This document shows positions 1 through 9,086 of a stretch of 64,000 bases of DNA, piece after piece. The stretch covers positions 8,827 through 72,826 of the forward strand of contig CALVRE010000043.1 of the NCBI GenBank assembly GCA_944358455.1. The letters run 5' to 3'. A program made the translations under genes and the position numbers. The notes beneath the pieces were generated by a model that had not been told where the DNA came from, did not search any database, and saw only the letters and a program-made list of their open reading frames with translations. Source of the DNA: an uncultured Bacilli bacterium. Lineage in GTDB: Bacteria > Bacillota_I > Bacilli_A > RF39 > UBA660. Each line of letters begins with the position of its first letter. Position 1 is the stretch's first letter.

Positions 1-623
1 AAAACTTTTTCGAAACTCTGTTCTGGTACTTCTTGTATACTTTCTTTTAAGATACTACCAACATATTTTAAATAACATTTCCCACATAACGATTCATAAG
101 TAACATCACCGTTTCCATCAATAGCCACTTGATCACCATCTTTTACAAATCTTCCACCTACTTTGCGCGCGTTCAATTTAGCACGCTTACCACACCTACA
201 AATCGTAATCAGTTCTTCTAACTCATCAGCGAGTTCCAAAAGACGGATACTTCCTAGAAAACCATTCGTTTTAAAATCACTACGTAATCCATAACAAATA
301 ACAGGAATGTCGATTCTCTTGGTAATCTCATAGAGTTCATCGACTTGTCTAGCCGTTAAAAACTGAGCCTCATCGACTAAAATACAAGCAATCCCTGTGA
401 GATTTCCCATTTTTTCACATATGGAATCATCTGGTTGAAGTAAAACATCGACTTTTCGTCTCAACCCAATTCTCGATACTAAATAAGCATCTCCTTTCGT
501 GTCGACACTCGATTTCATGACCATTACTTTTTGATCACGTTCTTCATAATTATGAGCAACTTGCATCAAAGCCGTACTTTTCCCTGAATTCATCGCTCCA
601 TAATGAAAATATAATTTTGCCAT
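1..623 (-). CDS. tdk: thymidine kinase. The C-terminus may run off the window edge
   Basis: Minus-strand translation from ATG at 621-623 gives MAKLYFHYGAMNSGKST... with a P-loop and a C-terminal Cys cluster (CRCGKRA...CGKCY) typical of Tdk. It starts 8 nt after the xerC stop. Confidence 0.8.
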   Translation of the reverse strand, partial: MAKLYFHYGAMNSGKSTALMQVAHNYEERDQKVMVMKSSVDTKGDAYLVSRIGLRRKVDVLLQPDDSICEKMGNLTGIACILVDEAQFLTARQVDELYEITKRIDIPVICYGLRSDFKTNGFLGSIRLLELADELEELITICRCGKRAKLNARKVGGRFVKDGDQVAIDGNGDVTYESLCGKCYLKYVGSILKESIQEVPEQSFEKV

Positions 624-630
624 ATACTAC

Positions 631-1518
631 CTACTTTCTAGCTCTTGGGTGACTATCCAAATATACTTTTCTAAGACGTTCATTTGTAACATGAGTATAA
701 ATCTGAGTAGTCGATAGATTTTCGTGTCCTAATAATTCTTGTACACTTTTCAAATCGGCCCCTTCATTTAACATATCAGTCGCAAAAGTATGACGAATCA
801 TATGTGGTGTTACATTTCCTTTAAAGTCTCCCATGCGGACATATTTTTTCATGATGAATCGAACCCCATGCGTCGTAAGTTTCTCCCCTTGCGCATTCAA
901 AAAGAGATACTCACTATGATGAACATTCAAATTCTCTCTTACTTTTAAATATTCTTTCAATCGTCTTTCACAAACACTCCCAAATAATACATATCGTTCT
1001 TTACTTCCTTTTCCTAATACTTTGATTTGTTTTAAGGAATAATTAATATCTTGTAATTTTAATGATACCAGTTCACTAACACGAATACCAGTCGAATATA
1101 AAACTTCCCACATACAAGCATCACGAACGCCAAGAGGAGTGGATAAATCTGGAGATTCCAATAATTCTTCCATCTCTTCGTAGTTTAAAACCGTAGGAAG
1201 CTTTTTATCGAGTTTTGGATTACTGATCAATTCCATTGGATTCTCTTCGATGATACCTTCTTGAAGTAAAAACTTAAATAAACTACGAAGACTGCTGATA
1301 TGACGAGCAACCGTTTTTCTTGCATATTGATGATGATAAAGTTCGACTAAATAAGCTCGAACCAAACGATCATCGACTCTCCTAAATGAGGAGCACTTTT
1401 TCTGCTCTAAAAAATCTAAAAACATTTCAATATTATCTTGATAGCCCTTGATCGTATTAGGGGAATAGTTTTTTTCTACCTCGATATAGTGAAGAAATCG
1501 TTCTAATTCCATTCGCAT
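631..1518 (-). CDS. xerC: tyrosine site-specific recombinase, XerC/XerD family
   Basis: 295 aa. It has an N-terminal core-binding-like region and a C-terminal catalytic region with MIRHTFAT, LLGH and a catalytic Tyr (IYTHV). Confidence 0.8.
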   Translation of the reverse strand: MRMELERFLHYIEVEKNYSPNTIKGYQDNIEMFLDFLEQKKCSSFRRVDDRLVRAYLVELYHHQYARKTVARHISSLRSLFKFLLQEGIIEENPMELISNPKLDKKLPTVLNYEEMEELLESPDLSTPLGVRDACMWEVLYSTGIRVSELVSLKLQDINYSLKQIKVLGKGSKERYVLFGSVCERRLKEYLKVRENLNVHHSEYLFLNAQGEKLTTHGVRFIMKKYVRMGDFKGNVTPHMIRHTFATDMLNEGADLKSVQELLGHENLSTTQIYTHVTNERLRKVYLDSHPRARK

Positions 1519-1522
1519 ATCA

Positions 1523-1786
1523 TCACGCTTCTTCTAATTTCCCAGTTTGAATAAGCCTTTGATACTCTTGAAACGAAACCAGTTCCTGATAAGTTTTCTT
1601 CAATTCAGCAAAAGGAACAAGTAAATCGATCAGTATTTGATAAACATCATCAATCGGCAGATGAAAGAAACATGCGTCATCTTGTAACAATTCATGAATC
1701 ACGAGTTGACGAAACAAACGATCATCCTTCTCCTTACGATACTTCTCAATTAAATTTTCATTTATTGTGCGATACTTCTCGACCAT
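1523..1786 (-). CDS. small hypothetical protein (about 87 aa). The start is placed at an internal ATG with an AGAGGA RBS
   Basis: The ORF track gives 1523..1855, which overlaps the upstream gene by 98 nt. GAAAAGAGGA lies 8 nt before the ATG at 1784-1786. The protein is acidic and helical, with no recognisable family. Confidence 0.35.
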   Translation of the reverse strand: MVEKYRTINENLIEKYRKEKDDRLFRQLVIHELLQDDACFFHLPIDDVYQILIDLLVPFAELKKTYQELVSFQEYQRLIQTGKLEEA

Positions 1787-3500
1787 ATTCATATTCCTCT
1801 TTTCTTTCATTGATACCTGGGATGCCATATCCTCTGTGCATTTCAAATGTACCATTTTTTAACTTTTCGACAATTTCTTCTTTACTAACTTGATGAAATC
1901 CATACTTAGGATCAAATTGAAAATAACGATTATAGATAGGATCCTCTTGCAGTGATACCGGATTAATCGCCAGAATGGGTATCAAAAGAGCTTTGTTATC
2001 ATCACCATATTTCATTCTAACGAAAGTCATACTCATTTTGGTTGCTTTATCACTGGTAGAAAAAATATTATTGATCATTCTTCGAACATACCCCATTTGA
2101 TCGACCCAATCTGCACTTGGAATTTCTTGCATCAAATCAAACAATAATTCTAAGCGATCAAGAAAACGGACATCGACATGTGAATATCCAAATCCTCGAT
2201 ATTCTTCTAATAATTGTTTTAATGAAACCGGATCTTTGACATAGGAAACCATGTCACGTTTAATCTGTTGATATTCCTGATAAACCCGTTCTAATACCTC
2301 GTCAAATTCAAAAGATGACTGTTTATTTTCATTCACACATTGGATACCAATTAAAGGCACATTATATTTGACAAAATTAAGGTCAGAATCACCAATGATC
2401 CCGCGACTTAAGGAATCAGCCTTGACCAAATACTTCTGATAACGAAACGTAAGGGACTCATGGCCTGCCCCATATAAGTTAGGATGACGTGTATTGGTGT
2501 GGAAGTGAATCCCTAGCGCTTCTAAAAACTTTCCGTAAATTGTATTAAATTCCCAACATACCACTTCATTATTTTCTGGTGTAATTGTTTGAATACGCTC
2601 TTTTTTATTGTGTACTTCGACAATCTTCCCTCTTTGGTCATAACTAAGAAATTCATTTCCATAAGTAAGTAAATCACAAAGACGAATATAAATATAAATC
2701 GCCTTCTCTAACAAATTATACTGTTTAGGCATTTTTTCATATACCGCTTTTTTTAATTCGGGATGAATCACGACATCATGAAGATGAGCATTCTGTGTTG
2801 TCAAATAACGATTCAATGCTTCAAAATCAATATCTTCCATATGATAAATAGAACCCATTCGTAAATAAATATCTTTCGATAATACACAATTTTCCACTAA
2901 ATTACCATGAATAAACCATTCATTTAATAAATACAAAAATGTTTCTTTCGTTGTTCCACTAACCAATTCTTCTCGTGTATTCTCATCCATGAAATGTTGA
3001 TATTCCTCATCGCTCATCGACAAAAAATGAACAAAATCTAAAATTGGAACAGATACAAGTTTCCCTTCAATCATCGCTTCATATCGTACATTGCGATACT
3101 TCTCTTGTATCTTTTCGAAAGAGGCTTCTTCTAAACAAACAGAAACACGTCTTTTTTCTTCCTCGCTCAACTCTTCTGTCTCACGGATGATTTGAAAGGC
3201 ATCGACAATTTCTGAAAAAGAATATACTCGTTGATATAATACCGTCTTAGGATTCTCTTGATAGACAATTACAGTAAGAAGACGTTTCCCATTTTCCGGC
3301 ATCAATTTTTCAACATAATGATAGAGCTCATCTTTCTGTAACAAATCCATCATGATTTTTTTACCAACCTTAACAGGTCTACCATTCGACTTCAACTGGG
3401 GCAAAGTAATGGTAGGGCCTTGTTCGTATTCTTTCATTTTCTCGAAAGAGACAAAAAGATAGTCTTTTCCAAGTCGGCTTTTTATTTCCTCTATTCGCAT
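1758..3500 (-). CDS. 580-aa cytoplasmic protein with a transglutaminase-like (TGc) cysteine-protease core motif
   Basis: The segment NEVVCWEFNTIYGKFLEALGIHFHT...GAGHESLTF resembles the TGc core (G-x-C-x-x-F-A...L-R-A-L-G-I-P-A-R...H-x-W). It has no signal peptide or TM segment. Confidence 0.45.
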   Translation of the reverse strand: MRIEEIKSRLGKDYLFVSFEKMKEYEQGPTITLPQLKSNGRPVKVGKKIMMDLLQKDELYHYVEKLMPENGKRLLTVIVYQENPKTVLYQRVYSFSEIVDAFQIIRETEELSEEEKRRVSVCLEEASFEKIQEKYRNVRYEAMIEGKLVSVPILDFVHFLSMSDEEYQHFMDENTREELVSGTTKETFLYLLNEWFIHGNLVENCVLSKDIYLRMGSIYHMEDIDFEALNRYLTTQNAHLHDVVIHPELKKAVYEKMPKQYNLLEKAIYIYIRLCDLLTYGNEFLSYDQRGKIVEVHNKKERIQTITPENNEVVCWEFNTIYGKFLEALGIHFHTNTRHPNLYGAGHESLTFRYQKYLVKADSLSRGIIGDSDLNFVKYNVPLIGIQCVNENKQSSFEFDEVLERVYQEYQQIKRDMVSYVKDPVSLKQLLEEYRGFGYSHVDVRFLDRLELLFDLMQEIPSADWVDQMGYVRRMINNIFSTSDKATKMSMTFVRMKYGDDNKALLIPILAINPVSLQEDPIYNRYFQFDPKYGFHQVSKEEIVEKLKNGTFEMHRGYGIPGINERKEEYEYGREVSHNK

Positions 3501-3565
3501 AATATCACCATATGTTCATTATATCATATTTCTTGTCATTACGAAAAAAAGCATGCCTAGCATGC

Positions 3566-5488
3566 TTATCCATTTAATTTTTTATTATAATGACGAATCG
3601 TAATCATACAGAAAACAAAATAAATAACAATATATAAACCAAACATAATGATAGCTGGTTCGACAACCGAAATTCCCCATACAGCAAATACGGTCGATAC
3701 AGTCTTCATGGCAAAAATCGAATGCACAATCGCAAACAGAAGTGGTAATGCGAAAATTGGTATGATATGTTTTCTTACGATCGAACGTTTACGTTTCTCA
3801 GTAATTCCAATATTACTTAATAAACGATAGTAGTCTTGATCTTCTTCAATATCGGACATCACTTTAAAATATAATAAAGTAGCCGTCGAAATCAAAAAAA
3901 CTAATCCTACAAAAACACCAATGAAAACGAGAGTTCCAAACATATTCATCATTGCATAATAGCCATCGTATGCGAACGCTGCATAAGGATAATTCGTCGT
4001 ATTAAATTCATCCAATGCTTCATGATGGCTAATTGGATTTGTATAGTTGATATAATGATAGCTAGCGCCTACTTCTAATAGCCCCTTTTCTTTCAATCTT
4101 TGATATAACGGATCTCCAACGATAATAAAAGATTCATTAGTAGAGCTACCATTTGGTGTCACAATTAAATTTTGTTCATACCCATCTAACGTGATCACTT
4201 CATCACCAGACATAATTTCAATACCATCAAACATATCTTCTTCATCAGTAAAGAAGAAATTTTCAATTAAAATAGCGTCTTCGCCTTCCACTTCGATTTT
4301 TTTGCCAACGTGACGTACGGCTTTCGAAAACTGTTGATAAGTGGAATTGGATATAATTGCGAAAGTCGCATTGGAATCAAATAAATCCGTGTTAGTTCCT
4401 GTCACCTTTAAAAGTTCCGCCTGTAAGGTATATTCTTCTTCCATTTGACGATCCGCTCTCTCAAGAGCTTTTTGAATACGGTCTCCATAATCTACTGTCT
4501 CGCTGTTTTCTTCATAAACAATATCGTATAGAGTAACCGAGTAAGCTTGTTTTTCAGCCGAATAATACATACTATAAACCGTCGAAATGGCCGTAATCGC
4601 AATCGCACTTACGATCGAAATCGCACTGATCATGAATGCATTACTTCTTAATTTATGACGGAAACTAGAAAGAACCAACAAATTATCGCCATGAAAAGCA
4701 ATCCATTTTCTCTTTCTCAAAAAATTGATGATAATTTGAATACCAGAGATAAAAAAGAGAAACGTTCCAATAATACATAAAAACATGATAGGAAAGGCCA
4801 TCGTAAGAACAAAAACCGCGCTATTAGAACATGCCATTCCATAACCAATTCCTAAAATTACAAACGACAAAATAAGTAAAATCCATGAACCTTTAATCTT
4901 TTTTTCACTACTCTTAGTAGCCTGAAATAAATCTAGTAATTTGGAACGATATACCGTCGCAAAGCTAAATAAACCAATGATGATAAAATAAGTCATAAAG
5001 ACTACAATCGTCGTCGTAAGTGCTTTATAACTTACTTCAAAACCAACAACTGCCCTACTCATCGATGCTCCTGCTACATTCAAGAAAACTAACGTAATCA
5101 AGCGATAAAATAAAATACCAACTCCGATACCAATCAAAAGACCAATCATTCCAATGATCAGATTTTCAATGAATAGCATCATTCCATTTTTGAAATTACT
5201 CATTCCAAACAACGAATAAGTTGCAATCTCTTTTTTACGTTGTTTTAAAAATTGACCGTTGATATATTTTAAATAAAAGAACAGAAAAAAGAGTAAAATA
5301 TAAGCAAATGAATTAAAAACACTTAGGAAATAAGCATTTTCACCATATTGATTCAATATATCGGTCGAATTTGCTAGTGATAGAAATGTATAGATCGTGA
5401 ATACCGAAAAAATAATCGAAAATAAATACATTCCATATTTTTTGATATTCATTCGAAAATTTTTAAAAACTAAGTCGCGAAACGTCAT
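3566..5488 (-). CDS. ABC transporter permease, BceB/FtsX type, with 10 TM segments and a large extracytoplasmic loop
   Basis: 640 aa. Several hydrophobic helices are followed by a roughly 200-aa hydrophilic loop and then more helices. It lies immediately downstream of an ABC ATPase and a two-component system, which is the BceAB architecture. Confidence 0.7.
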   Translation of the reverse strand: MTFRDLVFKNFRMNIKKYGMYLFSIIFSVFTIYTFLSLANSTDILNQYGENAYFLSVFNSFAYILLFFLFFYLKYINGQFLKQRKKEIATYSLFGMSNFKNGMMLFIENLIIGMIGLLIGIGVGILFYRLITLVFLNVAGASMSRAVVGFEVSYKALTTTIVVFMTYFIIIGLFSFATVYRSKLLDLFQATKSSEKKIKGSWILLILSFVILGIGYGMACSNSAVFVLTMAFPIMFLCIIGTFLFFISGIQIIINFLRKRKWIAFHGDNLLVLSSFRHKLRSNAFMISAISIVSAIAITAISTVYSMYYSAEKQAYSVTLYDIVYEENSETVDYGDRIQKALERADRQMEEEYTLQAELLKVTGTNTDLFDSNATFAIISNSTYQQFSKAVRHVGKKIEVEGEDAILIENFFFTDEEDMFDGIEIMSGDEVITLDGYEQNLIVTPNGSSTNESFIIVGDPLYQRLKEKGLLEVGASYHYINYTNPISHHEALDEFNTTNYPYAAFAYDGYYAMMNMFGTLVFIGVFVGLVFLISTATLLYFKVMSDIEEDQDYYRLLSNIGITEKRKRSIVRKHIIPIFALPLLFAIVHSIFAMKTVSTVFAVWGISVVEPAIIMFGLYIVIYFVFCMITIRHYNKKLNG

Positions 5489-6237
5489 TCATGACCACCG
5501 CCAATAGTTGCTTCAAAATCGATAATTTGATCGAAAAACTCTTTACGATCATCGTTTTTAACTAACTCGTTAAATAACTTCCCGTCACGAATAAAAAGGA
5601 CACGGTTCGAATAACTGGCAGCATAAATATCATGAGTAACCATGACGATCGTAATACCATACTCTTGATTTAAAAAAGTAAGCATCTCTAATAGTTCTTT
5701 TGAACTCTTGCTATCTAAATTTCCCGTCGGTTCATCAGCCAACACAATTTTGGGATTGGTGATAATGGCACGAGCTGCAGCAGTACGTTGCCTTTCACCA
5801 CCAGATACTTCGTAAGGATACTTATCCATAATCTTAAAAATACCAAGATCTTTTGCAATCTTATCAACCTTTTTCATGTCGACTTTTTTATTCCCACTCC
5901 CTAATAAAATAGGAAGCATGATGTTCTCTTTTAATGTCAACGTATTCAGCAAATTAAAATCCTGAAAGATAAAACCAATTTTTTCTCTACGATAATTAGC
6001 AAGATCCTTCTTTTTCATCTTCGTAATATCATCCTGATCGACTAAAATCGTTCCACTTGTCACACTGTCGATCGTCCCAAGCATATTCAAAAGTGTCGTC
6101 TTACCACTTCCACTTGGTCCCATAATACTGACAAATTCACCATCATTGACCGTGAAACTAATCCCTTTCAAGGCTTCATACTGATTCAACCCAATCTTGG
6201 AAATATAGGTTTTTTTCACATTTTCTAACTTTAACAT
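5485..6237 (-). CDS. ABC transporter ATP-binding protein, BceA-like
   Basis: It carries Walker A GPSGSGKTT, the signature SGGERQR and Walker B LADEPTGNLD. Its end overlaps the permease start by 4 nt. A GAGGTGGG RBS precedes the second ATG. Confidence 0.85.
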   Translation of the reverse strand: MLKLENVKKTYISKIGLNQYEALKGISFTVNDGEFVSIMGPSGSGKTTLLNMLGTIDSVTSGTILVDQDDITKMKKKDLANYRREKIGFIFQDFNLLNTLTLKENIMLPILLGSGNKKVDMKKVDKIAKDLGIFKIMDKYPYEVSGGERQRTAAARAIITNPKIVLADEPTGNLDSKSSKELLEMLTFLNQEYGITIVMVTHDIYAASYSNRVLFIRDGKLFNELVKNDDRKEFFDQIIDFEATIGGGHE

Positions 6238-6330
6238 TTTCCCACCTCGCATTCATTATATAAGAATTTACTGTTATCAAACATCGATCAAACGAACAAA
6301 CAAGGAAAATAGCCTTACAATTTTGTAAGA

Positions 6331-7341
6331 CTAATGAATGTGATAATCATTGACCTTGGGAAAGAAGATCGTAAACGTCGTGTCGGTACCATAATGAGAA
6401 GAAACGAAAATTTGATGATTTAACTTATCCGCCAAATTCTTACTCAGATATAATCCATATCCGGTCGACTGATTTTCTTGATGTCCAGTATAACCCGTAA
6501 ATCCTCGATTAAATACCCTTGTCAAATCCGCTTTCTTGATTCCTTCACCAGTATTGGTGAAAGATAAATAGATGCCCTTCTCATTTTGACTCGATGAAAT
6601 CGTAATCTCTCCTTCTACATTCGTATATTTCACGGCATTCGATAAAATTTGATGAATGATAAAAGATGTCCATTTCTCATCGGTCAACACTTCTTCTTTT
6701 AAAGGCTCAAGATGAAGCTTAATCTTTTTGTATCCAAATACCTTACTAAAATTTTTAAGTTCTTTTTTCACCATTCGATGAAGTGGTACCATGACCGGAA
6801 TATAATCATTATGAAAGTCATCGATCTTAATAAAATACAAAATCTTCGTCAAATACTCTTCCATCTTCTCAAGTTCTTCTAAAAAGCTTTCTTTTTCTTC
6901 CATTCGTAATGGTGTATCTTGTTCCAATCCCATCTTTAATACCGAAATAGGAATTTTCATATCATGAATCCAACTAGTAATAAAATCTTGATAATCTTTC
7001 TGTTTATGTTGAAGTTCTAATTCTTTTTCATAATAATGACGATAAATATCTTGAAGTAAAGCCATATATTCGGAATCTAACTCTCGTACCGGTTCTTCTA
7101 ATAATAGCTGTGGCTTTCTTTCATAAATATGGAGAAGCAATACTTTCTTTTTCTCACGTCTATAATCTAGGTAAAATGTCATACAAGTAATCAAAAGCAT
7201 AAACAGAAAAGCATATAACAAATCCTCTTTTATTCCCATGACATTGATACTAAGACAAATAATCAAAAACGTAAAAAAATAAACAAAGAACCATCCGACC
7301 ACCAAAATAATACGACTTTTGATGTAATCCTTTATGCGCAT
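6331..7341 (-). CDS. sensor histidine kinase, intramembrane-sensing BceS-like
   Basis: 336 aa. It has two N-terminal TM helices with almost no extracellular loop, an H-box (WIHDMKIP), and HATPase N/G boxes (NAVKYT; GEGI, GYGLYL). Confidence 0.8.
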   Translation of the reverse strand: MRIKDYIKSRIILVVGWFFVYFFTFLIICLSINVMGIKEDLLYAFLFMLLITCMTFYLDYRREKKKVLLLHIYERKPQLLLEEPVRELDSEYMALLQDIYRHYYEKELELQHKQKDYQDFITSWIHDMKIPISVLKMGLEQDTPLRMEEKESFLEELEKMEEYLTKILYFIKIDDFHNDYIPVMVPLHRMVKKELKNFSKVFGYKKIKLHLEPLKEEVLTDEKWTSFIIHQILSNAVKYTNVEGEITISSSQNEKGIYLSFTNTGEGIKKADLTRVFNRGFTGYTGHQENQSTGYGLYLSKNLADKLNHQIFVSSHYGTDTTFTIFFPKVNDYHIH

Positions 7342-8009
7342 CTTAATACATACCCTTCATTTTTGACGGTTTCGATGGAAACGTTTGTTAACACTTCTAA
7401 CTTTTTGCGAAGTCGATTCATATTTACAGTCAAAGTATTGTCATCGACAAAACGTTCATCATCCCACAACTGTTCGATAATCGTCGTACGACTTACGATC
7501 TTATCACCATGTTTCATCAAGAGATTCATAATGCGGTATTCATTGGGAGTGAGTAATACTTCTGTTTTCCCATCACTTAGTTTTCCTGTTTCTAAATTCA
7601 AAAGCAAATTTTGATACGAAGTCACATTCAAAGTTTGATCTTGATAAGCATATGTTCTCCTTAAAATCGCCTGAATTTTCGTCGAAAGTAACTCGAGTGA
7701 AAAAGGCTTCGTAATAAAATCATCTGCCCCTACTTGCAACCCCATAATCTTATCCATTTCTGTTTCTCTAGAAGAGATAAATAAAATCGGAATATTTGTC
7801 AACTTTCGAATTTCACGACACCAATAAAAACCATCATAATAAGGAAGATTGACATCCAATAATATCAATTCCGGCTTTAGAGAAGTAATGTCTTGAAGTA
7901 CATTCTTAAAATCCTCTACTACTGATACCTCATAATCCCATTTCTTTAAATAATCCGCAATCATCGTATTAATTTTTCGATCATCTTCTACCAATAATAT
8001 TTTATACAT
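7332..8009 (-). CDS. response regulator, OmpR family, BceR-like
   Basis: 225 aa. The receiver domain is LVEDD...DVNLP and the C-terminus is a winged-helix domain (LTPNEYRIMNLL). It overlaps the kinase gene. Confidence 0.85.
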   Translation of the reverse strand: MYKILLVEDDRKINTMIADYLKKWDYEVSVVEDFKNVLQDITSLKPELILLDVNLPYYDGFYWCREIRKLTNIPILFISSRETEMDKIMGLQVGADDFITKPFSLELLSTKIQAILRRTYAYQDQTLNVTSYQNLLLNLETGKLSDGKTEVLLTPNEYRIMNLLMKHGDKIVSRTTIIEQLWDDERFVDDNTLTVNMNRLRKKLEVLTNVSIETVKNEGYVLRCA

Positions 8010-8062
8010 GTTCTCACCTAAGCATATTATATCATATCTTCTCTACGAAAAAACCAAGAAAA

Positions 8063-9013
8063 TCAACGTTTCCTTGGTTTTGAAACTTTTGGTTTTAAAG
8101 TCTTTTCAAACGACTCTTTTTTATCGTCAAAATTATAAACAGGATAATTTTGATGATCCCCATCTAAAGGATGTGCATATTCCGTTTCAATTTCTTCTGG
8201 CTCGATAGACTTAAATACCACCACATCTTCTTGGTTTAACAATCCCATGCGATACAGATATTCGGTTTCTAATTCCTTTGTTTCCACTACTTCGATATCT
8301 GAAGTACGATATCGTTCCATATCTCTGATATATTTCTTATTAAACAAATGAATTCCACGAATTGGCTTATAACGAACAAAAGCTTCTTCTAATTTCTGAA
8401 GAGCAATTTGATAAGTGTCAAGTTCCTCTTGTTTTCCACCATATTGATTATATATATAATCGTGAATCGTATCTTTCATATAACGGTCGATATAAGGAGA
8501 ATCTTTTAACTTACTCCAATAAGTACCATTGTTCAGATTTTGTAAAAACTTTTGAAAAAAAGCTTTCCATCCACTATCTTCTTTCAGAGACTGATAAAGT
8601 CCTAATCTCAGTTTTAACGCTTCCTCTTTCGATAGTTCGGGATGATCGGCAACATACATATAATACTCCTTACGAACCCCATCACATAATTCGGTAAAAT
8701 AATTGAGGATAACATCGTCATAGATTACCTCTAAGTCACGATTTTGCCCGTTCGTTTTATAGGAAATTACATAAATCGTTTTTTTCGGAAGATGATAACC
8801 TTGTTGATTCAAATATTGCGTAAGTTCTTCTGGTGAATTGGCATGTTCCATCGTAAAACGATCAATGACCGTCAAATCCACCTTCTCTTTTAACTTGTTA
8901 TTTTCTTTCAACTTAATGGGTGTTCGCTCGTTTTTCTTACGATCGACAGCATATAACGTATAACGAGAACGTTGAATATATCTTCCTGTTTTGTTTTTCC
9001 CCATAGAGTTCAC
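8063..9013 (-). CDS. hypothetical protein (316 aa)
   Basis: It has a basic N-terminus and C-terminus and no recognisable motifs. It lies between topA and the response regulator, so it may be co-transcribed with the Bce-like module. Confidence 0.5.
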   Translation of the reverse strand: MNSMGKNKTGRYIQRSRYTLYAVDRKKNERTPIKLKENNKLKEKVDLTVIDRFTMEHANSPEELTQYLNQQGYHLPKKTIYVISYKTNGQNRDLEVIYDDVILNYFTELCDGVRKEYYMYVADHPELSKEEALKLRLGLYQSLKEDSGWKAFFQKFLQNLNNGTYWSKLKDSPYIDRYMKDTIHDYIYNQYGGKQEELDTYQIALQKLEEAFVRYKPIRGIHLFNKKYIRDMERYRTSDIEVVETKELETEYLYRMGLLNQEDVVVFKSIEPEEIETEYAHPLDGDHQNYPVYNFDDKKESFEKTLKPKVSKPRKR

Positions 9014-9086
9014 CTCAGACTTCTACTCTTTTAGTATTATACCAAAAAAACAAAATTATGACAAACAGAAAAAGATAGACCAATGT

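Noticed and set aside
631-1518. xerC as a marker of an integrated mobile element or prophage
   Set aside because: Its sequence is XerC/XerD-like and not phage-integrase-like. It lies near topA, as chromosomal codV/xerC does in Bacillus. No attachment-site repeats, tRNA or phage genes are present in the flanks.
1672-1893. Plus-strand ORFs lying inside minus-strand genes, for example 1672..1893, 3648..3830, 7363..7614, 13799..14032, 23276..23530, 25097..25390, 57438..58042 and 63152..63439
   Set aside because: They lie antisense within well-supported long genes (xerC-adjacent, bceB, RR, ileS, uvrA, polC, prfA). They have no RBS or motifs and show low-complexity translations, so they are shadow ORFs.
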